A DNA stretch of 64,000 nt from NCBI GenBank assembly GCA_965222075.1, contig OZ244937.1, positions 4,512,001 through 4,576,000 of the forward strand. The letters run 5' to 3'. Below the pieces are notes generated by a model. It worked only from the letters and a program-made list of their open reading frames with translations, was not told the origin of the DNA and made no database searches. The DNA is from Candidatus Latescibacterota bacterium. GTDB taxonomy: Bacteria > Latescibacterota > UBA2968 > GCA-2709665. Shown here piece after piece: positions 9,674-19,299 of the stretch. The position numbers and the translations under genes are program-made. Position 1 is the stretch's first letter; each line of letters begins with the position of its first letter.

Positions 9674-9697
9674 GGGCGCAGCAGACTGCGCCCCTGC
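9674..9697 (-). repeat. REP-like palindrome (GCAG-headed)
   Basis: Plus strand gggcgcag-caga-ctgcgccc-ctgc. Confidence 0.55.
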
Positions 9698-9706
9698 TCA
9701 GCGGGT

Positions 9707-10444
9707 TCACAGGTATCTGCGGTAAATGGCGATCATCTCGAATGCGGCCCTGAAGAAATCGCCGGGGGTGATTTTGGAGCCTTTGACATCCCGCCATTCT
9801 GAAAGCGGCGTTTCGTAAATCACGTCCTGCGCCGGGGAGTGCGCGGCGTCCGCCTGGATCAGCCTGGCGATGATTTCGACGTCGAAGATCCACCGGGTGA
9901 TGAAGGGTTCTCGAAACAGGGCGTTCAGACGAGGGGTGACTCTGAACAGTTTTGCGCCGCACTGGGTGTCGTATACACTGACGCCCAATAAAAAAGAGGC
10001 GACTGTTGCGAACAGCCTGCCCAAGTAGTGCCGCAGCATGTTGCGTCTGATCGCCCTTCCCAGGAGTTGCACCCTTGCGCCGAAGACCATCTCGATATTC
10101 GGCCTGCTGTCGAGCAGGTCGCAAAACTCCGAAATGGCGTCTAAGGGGGTTGCCAGGTCTGCATCCCAGAACCCGACGTAATCGGGGCCGGACGCGAGCG
10201 ACTTGAGAAGCCCCTGCCTCACGGCTTCGGCTTTTCCCGCATTTTTTGCCAGCGTGTGGATGTCAAAGGTTTCCGGATCAGACTCCTGCAGGGTCTTGAG
10301 TACCTGGAGGGTGGTATCTGTGCTGCCATCGTTGACGAAGAGGAATTTGATGGTGCGCACCCGGTTTGCAAAGGTTTGAAATGTTTCGACCGGGAGGCGT
10401 CGGGCCTCGTTGTAACAGGGGACGACGATGATCGTTTCAGCCAT
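9707..10444 (-). CDS. GT2 glycosyltransferase, polyprenol-phosphate sugar synthase type (DPM1/Alg5-like)
   Basis: VVPCYNE, VNDGSTD, NAGKAEAVRQG, FWDADLATP, DTQCGAKLF, WIFDVE. Confidence 0.9.
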   Translation of the reverse strand: MAETIIVVPCYNEARRLPVETFQTFANRVRTIKFLFVNDGSTDTTLQVLKTLQESDPETFDIHTLAKNAGKAEAVRQGLLKSLASGPDYVGFWDADLATPLDAISEFCDLLDSRPNIEMVFGARVQLLGRAIRRNMLRHYLGRLFATVASFLLGVSVYDTQCGAKLFRVTPRLNALFREPFITRWIFDVEIIARLIQADAAHSPAQDVIYETPLSEWRDVKGSKITPGDFFRAAFEMIAIYRRYL

Positions 10445-10450
10445 GCGATC

Positions 10451-11227
10451 CTACCCGTTCCGACACAGCGCGGCAATGAGGCTTACGCCGAAGGGGTAAC
10501 CCCGCCTTCTTTTCTGCGCCAGAAGGTTGATCAGCACCCGCCTTTCGCCTGCAAAAACCGCGTTGAGTAGACGGTTGACCGGCTGCATCGGCATCTTCAA
10601 ATCTGTACCCGCATCTCCAAAGGAGCGTTTCCTAAGGCGGTTCAACGCCCGAATGGTTCTGACCATCGGGTAGAGACGCGCGTTAAAATAGGAGAGCAGG
10701 CGTACGGTTACGGGCAGCCCGGACCACAGGTGTTCGAGGCTCTGGATATCATACCGGCGGTAGTGGCCGTTGGCGACATCGTGTTCGCTCCACAGCGACA
10801 TGTCCGCAGGTACGGTGAGGAGAAGGCAGGCGCCCGGCCTGAGCGCCATGAGCAGTTCGGACAGAAACCCGACGTCGTCCTCTACATGTTCCAGGACGTC
10901 CGTCAGGAGGAAGAGGCCGGCCTGCTCCACCGCGTCTCCCAGATCGGCCGGTGCCGAACCGCAGATGAAGCGAACGTCCGGGAAACGGCGTTTGGCGAGC
11001 CGGATGCCTTCGACCGATATGTCGATGCCGATACAGGTGTAGTCCCTGGCAAAGGCTGCGATATTTCCCCCCGTTCCGCACCCCACGTCAATGGCGAGTG
11101 TGGATTTGGAAGGCGGGGCCAAGTTGTGGGCCAGTTCGTGCAGGATACGCCGCCTGGCCAGAAACCACCAGTGGATCTCTTCCAGGTCTGCGTGCAGTTT
11201 AAACAGGTCCGATTTCACGGCTGTCAA
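10451..11227 (-). CDS. Class I SAM-dependent methyltransferase
   Basis: [29 protein letters not shown]...WSEHD..NGHYRRY. Overlaps the glyQS stop by 4 nt. Confidence 0.88.
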   Translation of the reverse strand: MTAVKSDLFKLHADLEEIHWWFLARRRILHELAHNLAPPSKSTLAIDVGCGTGGNIAAFARDYTCIGIDISVEGIRLAKRRFPDVRFICGSAPADLGDAVEQAGLFLLTDVLEHVEDDVGFLSELLMALRPGACLLLTVPADMSLWSEHDVANGHYRRYDIQSLEHLWSGLPVTVRLLSYFNARLYPMVRTIRALNRLRKRSFGDAGTDLKMPMQPVNRLLNAVFAGERRVLINLLAQKRRRGYPFGVSLIAALCRNG

Positions 11228-14223
11228 AATCCCTCCAGCCGGCTCAGGTCGGCGATGCCGTCGGGCAGAGCGGCGATGTGTTGAACCAGCGCGAGGCGTG
11301 CCCGGCGGAGCGTTGGGTCTTCCGCCATTACCAGGATTTTGTCGAAGAAGCGGTTGATGGGGTCGCGCAGGGTTTTGAGGATGTCCTCCAGAGCGGCAAT
11401 CCGGTCCCGGGCGCGGTCGAGCTGCCGGTGCGCTGCGCAGTAGGCCTCATGCAGGGCCTGGGTGTCCGCTTCCGGGTCCGCTTCCGACGTTAGGGGGTAT
11501 TGTTCGGATAGATCCCGCACGATGCGCTTGCAGCGCGCGTAGGCGTGGAGCGTCTGCAGCCAGTCTTTTGCCTCTACCATCCGGCCGAGGCCCTGGACGA
11601 TGCGCCGGAGTTCGTAGGGGTCATCGCAGCCGCCGGCGATGGCGGCCTCAACCACGTTGTGGGAGAAGCCCTCCTCCCTGAGCTGGATTTCGAGGCGCCG
11701 CCGGATGAATTCGAGGGCGTCGGAGAGCCGCTGCCTGTCGGCGTTGACCGGAAGCTGTTTTGCCGCAGCGGCCAGCCCCTGCCGAAGGGAGAAGTGACAC
11801 CGGTGACCGATCAGGACCGCCAAAAGCCCCAGGGCATCCCGCCGGAGGCCGTAGGGATCGGCCGTGGCTCTGGGTTTGACGCCCACGCAGAAGAGGCCGG
11901 CCAGGCTGTCGAGGCGGTCTGCAACGGAGAGGGCAAAGCCGGGGCGCGAGCCGGGCAGCGCATCCCCAGGAAAGCGGGGATGGTAGTGTTCTTCAACGGC
12001 GTGCGCAACGGCTTCGGACTCGCCCGAGGCCAGGGCGTAGTAGCGTCCCATGGTCCCCTGGAGGTCGGTCATTTCTACGACCATTCTGGTGGCCAGGTCG
12101 GCCTTGCAGAGCCGGGCGGCTTTCAGGGCCGTCTCTTTGTCCTGGCCTTCGAGGCCCAGGTCCGGCGCCAGGGTCTCAAGCAGCCGTTCGACCCGGCAGG
12201 TCTTGTCGAGGACGGAGCCGAGGTCTGCCTGGAAGGTGAGGGTGTCGAGCCTGGGCAGGTAGTCTTTTAAGGGCGCCCGGCTGTCTTCGCGGAAGAAGAA
12301 AGCCGCGTCTGCATACCGGGCCCGAATGACGCCTTCGTTGCCGCGTACCACGGCTTCGGGGTCGCCTGGCTGACCGTTGGCGACGGTGATGAAGTAAGGG
12401 ATGAGGCGCCTGGTTTGGGGGTGCAGGACCGGGAAGTAGCGCTGGTGTTTTTTCATGACTGTGATCAGGACTTCCTGGGGCAGTTTTAGGTGGGCCTCGT
12501 CAAAGGCGCCGCGCAGGGCATAGGGCGCTTCCACCAGGTCGGTGACCTCGTCTAAGAGGTCGGGATCTTCCAGCACCCTCCCCCCGATCTCTTCTGCGAG
12601 AACCTGCACACGATTCTGGATGGCCTTCCGTCGGTGGTCGCGGTCAACCATCAGGCCCTGGTTTTTCATTTTCAGGGCGTAGTCGGCTGCGGACGCCAGT
12701 TCGATGGGGGGCGACCTGTCGGGGCGGGTGCCCCGGCTGGTGCGGCCGCTGCTCACACGGGCATAGGTGAAGGGAATAACCTGATCTGCGTAGAGGGCGA
12801 CGATCCAGCGGATGGGCCTTGCGTAGGCCACCCCGCCCGAATTCCAGCGCATGGTCTTGGGGAAGGAAAGGGAGGCGATCAGGTCGGGCAGCAACTCGGC
12901 CAGGATCTCCTGCGCGCTGCGTCCCGGTTCGTGCCGGTGGACAAAGACGTATTCGACGCCCTTCTCGTTCTTTCGGCGTTCGACCGCACCGGGATGCACT
13001 CCCTGACCGCGGCAGAAGCCTTCCAGCGCACGGGTCGGTTTGCCTGCCTCGTCGTAGGCGGCTTTAACGGTGGGGCCGCGCACCCAGCGTTCCTCGTCGG
13101 ACTGGCGGCCCGAAAGGCTGCGTACACAGGCGATGAGCCGCCTGGGCGTGCCGCTGACCTGGATTTCTTCAAACGCGAGACGCTTCGCCTTGAGGCGTTC
13201 CGGGAGGAGGGCTCGGAATTGTTGAATGCCCCTCCAGACGTCGGCGACCGGAAGCTCCTCGGAGCCGACCTCCAGGAGCAGGTCCCCCGAATCAAGCGCC
13301 GGAAGGTCTGCGGTATCGCCGGGGGCGGGCGGAGCTTCGGGCGCACCACTGCCGAGGGGGAAGCCGATCTCCTCGCGCTGTTTGGCATAGGCTTCCGAGA
13401 CCTGGCGGGCCAGATCTCGCATCTGCGCAAAGTAGCGGGCGCGTTCGGTTACGCCGACCGCGCCCCGGGTGTCTAAGAGGTTGAAGGTGTGGGAGCAGCG
13501 GAGGACATAGTCGTGGGCGGGCAGGACCAGGTTCTGTTCGATGGCGGCTTTGGCTTCTTCGATAAAGAGGCGATACATGGTTTGCAAGCGTTCTACATCG
13601 GCTGTGTTGAACGCATATTCGCAGTATTCCACCTCCTGTTGCTGCAAGATGTCTCCATAGCCGATGCGGCCGTCCCAGTCGAGGCGCCAAACCTCCCGCA
13701 CCCCCTGCAGGTAGGCCGCAATCCGCTCCAGGCCATAGGTGATTTCCACGGCCACGGGATCGACCGGCATGCCGCCAGCCTGCTGGAAGTAGGTGAACTG
13801 GGTGATTTCCAGGCCGTCGAGCCAGACTTCCCACCCCAGGCCCCAGGCGCCCAGCGCCGGAGACTCCCAGTTGTCTTCCACAAACCGGATGTCGTGCTGC
13901 TTCCGGTCCAGACCGAGCGCTTCCAGGCTGTCCAGGTAGATTTCCTGAGGATTTCCCGGGTCGGGCTTCAGGATGACCTGGTACTGGAAGTACATGTGCA
14001 TCCGGTTCGGGTTTTCGGCGAACCGTCCGTCGGCCGGGCGAAAGACGGGTTCTACATAGGCCACGTTCCAGGGCTCGGGCCCGAGCACCCGCAGGACGGT
14101 GGCGGGGTTCATCGTCCCGGCGCCCACCTTTTCGCTGTAAGGCTGCCAGATGACGCACCCCCGGTCTGCCCAGAAGCGTTCCAGGCGCATGATGAGGTCT
14201 TGGAAGTTGGGGGTTTTGTTCAT
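11224..14223 (-). CDS. glyQS: Glycine--tRNA ligase, fused alpha and beta subunits
   Basis: Alpha motifs ([41 protein letters not shown]) then a linker and beta motifs ([30 protein letters not shown]) in one ORF. Start at ATG 14223. Confidence 0.95.
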   Translation of the reverse strand: MNKTPNFQDLIMRLERFWADRGCVIWQPYSEKVGAGTMNPATVLRVLGPEPWNVAYVEPVFRPADGRFAENPNRMHMYFQYQVILKPDPGNPQEIYLDSLEALGLDRKQHDIRFVEDNWESPALGAWGLGWEVWLDGLEITQFTYFQQAGGMPVDPVAVEITYGLERIAAYLQGVREVWRLDWDGRIGYGDILQQQEVEYCEYAFNTADVERLQTMYRLFIEEAKAAIEQNLVLPAHDYVLRCSHTFNLLDTRGAVGVTERARYFAQMRDLARQVSEAYAKQREEIGFPLGSGAPEAPPAPGDTADLPALDSGDLLLEVGSEELPVADVWRGIQQFRALLPERLKAKRLAFEEIQVSGTPRRLIACVRSLSGRQSDEERWVRGPTVKAAYDEAGKPTRALEGFCRGQGVHPGAVERRKNEKGVEYVFVHRHEPGRSAQEILAELLPDLIASLSFPKTMRWNSGGVAYARPIRWIVALYADQVIPFTYARVSSGRTSRGTRPDRSPPIELASAADYALKMKNQGLMVDRDHRRKAIQNRVQVLAEEIGGRVLEDPDLLDEVTDLVEAPYALRGAFDEAHLKLPQEVLITVMKKHQRYFPVLHPQTRRLIPYFITVANGQPGDPEAVVRGNEGVIRARYADAAFFFREDSRAPLKDYLPRLDTLTFQADLGSVLDKTCRVERLLETLAPDLGLEGQDKETALKAARLCKADLATRMVVEMTDLQGTMGRYYALASGESEAVAHAVEEHYHPRFPGDALPGSRPGFALSVADRLDSLAGLFCVGVKPRATADPYGLRRDALGLLAVLIGHRCHFSLRQGLAAAAKQLPVNADRQRLSDALEFIRRRLEIQLREEGFSHNVVEAAIAGGCDDPYELRRIVQGLGRMVEAKDWLQTLHAYARCKRIVRDLSEQYPLTSEADPEADTQALHEAYCAAHRQLDRARDRIAALEDILKTLRDPINRFFDKILVMAEDPTLRRARLALVQHIAALPDGIADLSRLEGF

Positions 14224-14287
14224 GGGTCTACCTTTGTTGGGGCACGGCATACCGTGCTCTTACGGCTCTGCTTGCCTGATCTGGGAG

Positions 14288-15490
14288 TTAGTCCATTGCC
14301 GAGATGCGTTTCAGGGGCATCTGAGAGACTCTGGGTTTCGCACCCTTCTGGATTTGTCTGATGAGGCCTTCCGTTTCCTGAACGGATCGCCTGGTGTCGT
14401 GTACCGCCACGGTCAAGTCGATCTGGCGGGTCTCCCCGCCTTCAAGCTGGGCCACCCGGCCTCTTTCTCGTTCGAACCCTTTGGGGTTGGGGTAGTTTGT
14501 GGCCGGTTCCAGGCCGGTGACGTAGCCGTCTTCTGAGGCTGTGGTGTTTTTCCAGAGGGTGAAGCAGGGCATCTGTTTCAGCGAGAAGTGGAGGGACGAT
14601 CCGAGGCTGCCGTCGCGGTTTTTGAACAGTACGGCGGCTTCCTGGCTGCCCCGTTTGCCGGTCAGTTCGTAGAAGTAGACCTGTTCGACAAAGCCCGGTT
14701 CGGGGCCGGCAAACCGGTTGTGGGCGCGGATGCCTTCCTGCGCCCGGGGGTCTCTGGGACAGACGGTTTTGAACGGGGCAACGAGCGTAGCACCGTCCTC
14801 TAAGAGAGGCGCGCCGTAGTTGCAGTGGTAGAGGAGTTCCAGTTCCGCCGGGCGTCGATTGAGGTTGGTGATCCGGTCAGAGATCGTGAAGGTGCTGGAC
14901 CCGAGTTCGGTGGAGATGGCCGTGGTCAGGCGCAGCGCCGGACCGAACACCATGGCCTCCTCGACGATGCCCAGGACGGTGATGCGGTGCGGCGGAGAGA
15001 GGTCTACCCGAACTTCCACATGCCGTGCCGGGATGTTGGCGATCTTTCCGTGGAGGGGGAGGAAGACGTCGGCTTTGTTGCCGTTGTTGTCGATGATGAT
15101 GTCTGTGCACGGGGCGCCGTTGCTGTCGAGCCCGCAGCGGACGATCCATTCGTTGAACCCTTTCAGCCAGCCGAGGCCGCCCCGGTCGTTGAGGTCGATA
15201 AATGCCGGGTTTACCAGGTCCCGGACGGGGGACTCCCATCCGAGTGGAATGCCCCGGTAGATGCCCTTCCAGATGCCCATGCCCCGCGTGGGGACGATGA
15301 AGATGGAGAGCGCACCGTTGTCGACTTCGATTAAGTCTACCCCGTCCTGAAGCCCGCCTTTGAGACTGCGCTTTTCAACGCTCCAGGTCTGCTTGACACT
15401 CAAAGGGAGGGTTTCCTCATTGACGGCCCAGGATTTGGTCCAGAGGGCCTGTTCGACGTCGGTGAGTACGTAGCGGTAGGTGTCCTGCAT
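14288..15490 (-). CDS. Aldose 1-epimerase-like protein (DUF4432)
   Basis: VPTRGMGIW, LGWESPV, GGLGWLKGFNE, LHGKIAN, LYHCNYG, YVTGLEPATNYPN. Confidence 0.85.
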   Translation of the reverse strand: MQDTYRYVLTDVEQALWTKSWAVNEETLPLSVKQTWSVEKRSLKGGLQDGVDLIEVDNGALSIFIVPTRGMGIWKGIYRGIPLGWESPVRDLVNPAFIDLNDRGGLGWLKGFNEWIVRCGLDSNGAPCTDIIIDNNGNKADVFLPLHGKIANIPARHVEVRVDLSPPHRITVLGIVEEAMVFGPALRLTTAISTELGSSTFTISDRITNLNRRPAELELLYHCNYGAPLLEDGATLVAPFKTVCPRDPRAQEGIRAHNRFAGPEPGFVEQVYFYELTGKRGSQEAAVLFKNRDGSLGSSLHFSLKQMPCFTLWKNTTASEDGYVTGLEPATNYPNPKGFERERGRVAQLEGGETRQIDLTVAVHDTRRSVQETEGLIRQIQKGAKPRVSQMPLKRISAMD

Positions 15491-15538
15491 CTCGAACTCC
15501 TTGTTTCAGAGGATGTTGCGTTCAAATGCCTAATGACA

Positions 15539-15632
15539 TTCGCCGCTGGGAGGCGGCTCCTACCAGATTATCATTGCGAAAAATTAATATTGAAATATAG
15601 ATATTGGGTAGGAGCCGGTTCCCGCTGGCGAA
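15539..15632. repeat. Inverted pair of GTAG-type REP elements around an AT-rich spacer
   Basis: ttcgccgctgggaggcggctcctac (15539-15563) and gtaggagccggttcccgctggcgaa (15608-15632). Confidence 0.7.
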
Positions 15633-15821
15633 AAGAGTATAAGGGACAGGCTGTTAGAAGGAGAAATATACTGTACGCTGGGGTTGGTGTCAACGAATTC
15701 GCCTTTTTTGACGGACGGATCGCCGGTATCTAACCACCTGAAAATTCTCTACCTAAGCATAGGTGTAACATATTGTAACGCCCTAAAGTTTTCAAGCGAT
15801 TTGACGATGCGGGCATTTGAG

Positions 15822-15852
15822 ATGGGCACGAGGCGGTCCTGCCCATTTTTTT
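15822..15852 (+). terminator. Intrinsic terminator-like hairpin
   Basis: atgggca, 11 nt loop, tgcccat, then a T-run. Confidence 0.5.
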
Positions 15853-15875
15853 GTGTTCTGAAGGGGGCTGCCTGC

Positions 15876-15904
15876 TTGACAAAGCAGTGGGGGGGCCGTA
15901 AATT
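15876..15904 (+). promoter_or_regulatory. Sigma70 promoter for the murC-like operon
   Basis: TTGACA (15876-15881), 17 nt spacer, TAAATT (15899-15904). Confidence 0.6.
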
Positions 15905-15973
15905 TTGCTTATAGCAGCGGGTGTATCGTCGTCTGAATTCAACGGGGTGGGTTTGCCTATTATCGGGGGGGCA

Positions 15974-17353
15974 GTGGCAGATCGGAAGACGTTTTTTTTC
16001 TGCGGCATCGGCGGCAGCGGCATGAGCGCAATCGCGCAGGTGTTGCGGCAGGAGGGCCAAGCAGTACGGGGGTCGGACCGAGGCCGGGACCGGGGGGAGA
16101 ACCGGGGGCTTTATGAGGCGCTCGCGGCTCAGGAGATTGCGCTGTATGCCCAGGACGGCTCGGGGATGGACCGGGAGGTGGACGAGGTGGTGGTTTCCAG
16201 CGCGGTCGAGGAGACGGTTCCGGACGTTCGGGCGGCGCTGCAGCTGGGGGTATCGATCCGGAACCGGGCGGAGGTGCTGGCGTGGCTGTTCAACCGGGGC
16301 GAAGGGGTGGCCGTGGGGGGGACGAGCGGGAAGACGACGGTGACGGGCATGGTCGGGCATATCCTGCGGGAGGCGGGTCGGAACCCGACGGTGATCAACG
16401 GGGGGATTATGCTCAACGCGGCTGATCCTCCCTTTCTGGGGAATGCGATCTGCGGAGATTCAAACCTGCCGGTGATCGAGGCGGATGAGCATGACGGAAC
16501 GATTGCGCTTTACCACCCGGCGGTTGCGGTGCTGACGAATATCTCGCTGGACCACAAATCGCTGGAGGAGCTGCGGCCGCTGTTTCGGGAGTTCTGCATG
16601 CGGGCGCGAAAGGCGGCGGTGGTGAACTTGGACTGTACGGAGTCTGCGGCGCTGATAGACGAACATCCCAACCGGGTGACTTTCGGGATGGAGAACGGCC
16701 GGGCGGACTTTTACGCAGAGGAGGTCGAGGCGTTTCGGGAGGGGGTGCGGTTCCGGGTGAGCGGCGTGGGGTTCCAGCTGCAAGTGCCAGGCCGGCACAA
16801 TGTGTCGAACGCCTTAGCAGCGGCCGCTGCATGCGGGGCGTTTGGCGTTCCGGTAGAGGTATCGGCAGAGGCGCTTTCCGGTTTTTTGGGGATCCAGCGG
16901 CGGTTACAGGTGGTCGGCCGTGTGAAAGGGGTGACGGTAATCGACGATTTTGCGCACAACCCGGAAAAGGTTACGGCGTCGCTGGAGACGCTGAAGGCGC
17001 ACCCGGGCCGGCTGCTGGTGATGTTCCAACCCCACGGATACGGCCCCACACGGTTTTTGAAGGAGGGACTCATTTCGGCGTTTGCAGAGGAGCTGGAAGA
17101 AACCGACCTGCTCCTTATGCCGGAGATTTATTTCGCAGGTGGGACCGCTCAGAAAGACATTTCCGCCCGCGACCTGGTCGACGCGATTGCCCGACAGGGG
17201 CGCCGGGCCGAGTTCGTCCCGGACCGGGAGGCGATTGCCCGCCGGTTCATTGAGGCGGCAAGGCCGGGGGACCGGGTGGTGGTGATGGGCGCCCGGGACG
17301 ATACGCTGGCCGAGTTTGCGCGCGGGGTGGTGGAGGGGATCGGGAAGCGGTAG
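15974..17353 (+). CDS. Mur ligase, MurC/Mpl type (UDP-MurNAc--L-Ala or tripeptide ligase)
   Basis: FFCGIGGSGMSAIA, GGTSGKTTVTGM, EADEHDG, PGRHNVSNA, IDDFAHNPEKV, FQPHG, VMGA. GTG start at 15974. Not in a dcw cluster. Confidence 0.88.
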   Translation: MADRKTFFFCGIGGSGMSAIAQVLRQEGQAVRGSDRGRDRGENRGLYEALAAQEIALYAQDGSGMDREVDEVVVSSAVEETVPDVRAALQLGVSIRNRAEVLAWLFNRGEGVAVGGTSGKTTVTGMVGHILREAGRNPTVINGGIMLNAADPPFLGNAICGDSNLPVIEADEHDGTIALYHPAVAVLTNISLDHKSLEELRPLFREFCMRARKAAVVNLDCTESAALIDEHPNRVTFGMENGRADFYAEEVEAFREGVRFRVSGVGFQLQVPGRHNVSNALAAAAACGAFGVPVEVSAEALSGFLGIQRRLQVVGRVKGVTVIDDFAHNPEKVTASLETLKAHPGRLLVMFQPHGYGPTRFLKEGLISAFAEELEETDLLLMPEIYFAGGTAQKDISARDLVDAIARQGRRAEFVPDREAIARRFIEAARPGDRVVVMGARDDTLAEFARGVVEGIGKR

Positions 17354-17390
17354 ACGGTCACCCAACAGACTGGAAAGATAGGAGACGCGT

Positions 17391-18299
17391 TTGATGGTGG
17401 TCCCGCCGAGACTTCAGCCGGGCGATACGGTGGGGGTGGTGGCGCCTTCGGGGCCGTTTGAGCCGGAGCGGCTGCGCCCTGCGCTGGACTATCTGACCGG
17501 GCGGGGATACCGGGTGCGGGAGGGGAGATCGCTTTACGAGCGGGAGCGCTATCTGGCCGGGAGCGATGCGGAAAGGGCCTCGGACCTGAATGGGATGTTT
17601 GCCGATCCGCAGGTGCGGGCGATTTTTGTCGCGCGGGGGGGATACGGATCGGCGCGGGTGCTGGACCTGCTGAATTACGAGGGGATCCGTCGAAACCCCA
17701 AACCGCTGGTGGGGTTCAGCGATACCACGGCGCTGCAGCTTGGGATTTACGTCCATACGGGGCTGGTGACCTATTCGGGGGTGACGCTTTGCGCCGATGT
17801 GACGGAGGAGGGGATGCACGCGGTGACAGAGGAGACGCTGTGGAGGGCGCTGGTGAAGGGGCGGTTTCCGCCGGTGGTTGGGCTTCAGGCTTTGGGGCGG
17901 GGAGCCGCAGAGGGGCGCCTGATCGGAGGCTGCCTTTCCATGGTGGCTTCGCTGGTCGGCACGCCCTATCTGCCCGATCCTGCGGGGGCGCTGCTGTTCT
18001 TAGAGGATGTGAACGAGGCGCCCTACCGGATAGACCGGATGTTAAACCAACTCCGGATGACGGGCGTTTTCGAGCAGGCTGCCGGGGTGGTGTTCGGGCA
18101 GTTTGAGGGGTGCGAGCCGGAGCGGGAGGAGGAAGGGACCACAGCGGCGGTTTTGGAGGCGCTGGCCGGGACGATTGCCTGTCCGGTGTTCTGCGATCTG
18201 CCGTATGGACACGGGTCGGGACGGCGGGTGCTGCCTGTGGGGATGCAGGCGCGGGTGGACGAAGGCGGGATGATGGTGATTGAGGAAATTGTGATATAA
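17391..18299 (+). CDS. ldcA: LD-carboxypeptidase (peptidase S66)
   Basis: VAPSG, ARGGYG, GFSDTT (Ser), FLEDVNE (Glu), PYGH (His). Confidence 0.9.
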   Translation: MMVVPPRLQPGDTVGVVAPSGPFEPERLRPALDYLTGRGYRVREGRSLYERERYLAGSDAERASDLNGMFADPQVRAIFVARGGYGSARVLDLLNYEGIRRNPKPLVGFSDTTALQLGIYVHTGLVTYSGVTLCADVTEEGMHAVTEETLWRALVKGRFPPVVGLQALGRGAAEGRLIGGCLSMVASLVGTPYLPDPAGALLFLEDVNEAPYRIDRMLNQLRMTGVFEQAAGVVFGQFEGCEPEREEEGTTAAVLEALAGTIACPVFCDLPYGHGSGRRVLPVGMQARVDEGGMMVIEEIVI

Positions 18300-18301
18300 T
18301 C

Positions 18302-18327
18302 ACCGCAGAGACGCAGAGGACGCAGAG
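18302..18327 (+). repeat. Dispersed ACCGCAGAGACGCAGAG repeat, copy 2
   Basis: accgcagagacgcagaggacgcagag, matching 5271-5296. Confidence 0.8.
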
Positions 18328-18351
18328 AAATACGAAAAAGGGGTAGAGAGG

Positions 18352-19212
18352 ATGTTGCAGGGTCAAGGCGCAGTGCGGGTGTTGATCGTTCCGGCGCTTT
18401 TTGCCGTGGTGTCGTGTACGACGCTGGGGCAGCTCAACCTGTTGACGACGGAGGACGAGGTGGCCATCGGCCGGCAGGCGGCGCGGGAGATTGAGCTGCA
18501 GCTCAGCCTGTACGACGATCCGGTTGTGGCGGCCTACGTCGACAGCCTGGGGCAGGCGCTGGTGCGGCATTCTAAGCGATCGAACATCCGGTACTATTTC
18601 AAAGTTGTGGATACGGAGGTGGTGAACGCGTTTGCGCTGCCAGGGGGATGGCTCTACATTAACCGGGGGTTGATTGCGGCCGCGGAGAACGAGTCGGAAC
18701 TGGCCGGGGTGGTCGGGCACGAGATCGGGCACGTGGTGGGTCGGCACGGGGCGCGGCAGATCACCAAAGCGTTCGGGCTTCAGATGTTGCTTGAACTGGC
18801 GGTGGGCGAGAAGCCTTCGGCGGCGCGGCAGATTGCGGGGCAGTTTGCAGAGGTCGGGGCGGGGTTGACCCTGTTGAAGTACGGGCGGGAGGCGGAGCGG
18901 GAGGCGGATCGGTTTGCGGTGGAGGAGACCTATGCGGCCGGGATCGACCCGGAGGGGATGGCGACCTTTTTCGAGAAGCTGATGGCGATGCACGCGTCGG
19001 AGCCGAAGGGGGTGGAGGTCTGGTTTTCGACCCATCCGCCGAGCCGGGAGCGGATTGCCAATGTGCGCGCGCAGATCCAGAAGCTGCCGCCCAAGCCGGG
19101 GCTGAAGGCGGATTCCAAACGGTTCGGGGAGGTCAAGGCGCGGATTTTGGAAAGACAGGCGTCGGGGGCAAGGATCGGAGGCCACGGGGCAGGAGACAGG
19201 AGGCGGAGGTAG
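18352..19212 (+). CDS. M48 family metalloprotease lipoprotein (BepA/LoiP-like)
   Basis: Lipobox-like VVSC, NAFALPGG, ELAGVVGHEIGH, EREAD, FSTHP. Confidence 0.9.
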   Translation: MLQGQGAVRVLIVPALFAVVSCTTLGQLNLLTTEDEVAIGRQAAREIELQLSLYDDPVVAAYVDSLGQALVRHSKRSNIRYYFKVVDTEVVNAFALPGGWLYINRGLIAAAENESELAGVVGHEIGHVVGRHGARQITKAFGLQMLLELAVGEKPSAARQIAGQFAEVGAGLTLLKYGREAEREADRFAVEETYAAGIDPEGMATFFEKLMAMHASEPKGVEVWFSTHPPSRERIANVRAQIQKLPPKPGLKADSKRFGEVKARILERQASGARIGGHGAGDRRRR

Positions 19213-19299
19213 AGGCCTGGATTTCGAATTGGAGAGGCAGATGATGTCGAGGGAAGGGTTGAGACGAAAGCGGCTGCTTCTGTTGAACGATTAAGCGTG

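Noticed and set aside
17716-19185. 489-aa minus-strand ORF
   Set aside because: Antisense shadow of ldcA and the M48 gene, Arg/Pro-rich with no motifs. Similar shadows: 35313-36599, 40756-41862, 50943-52289, 53305-54381, 62519-63913.
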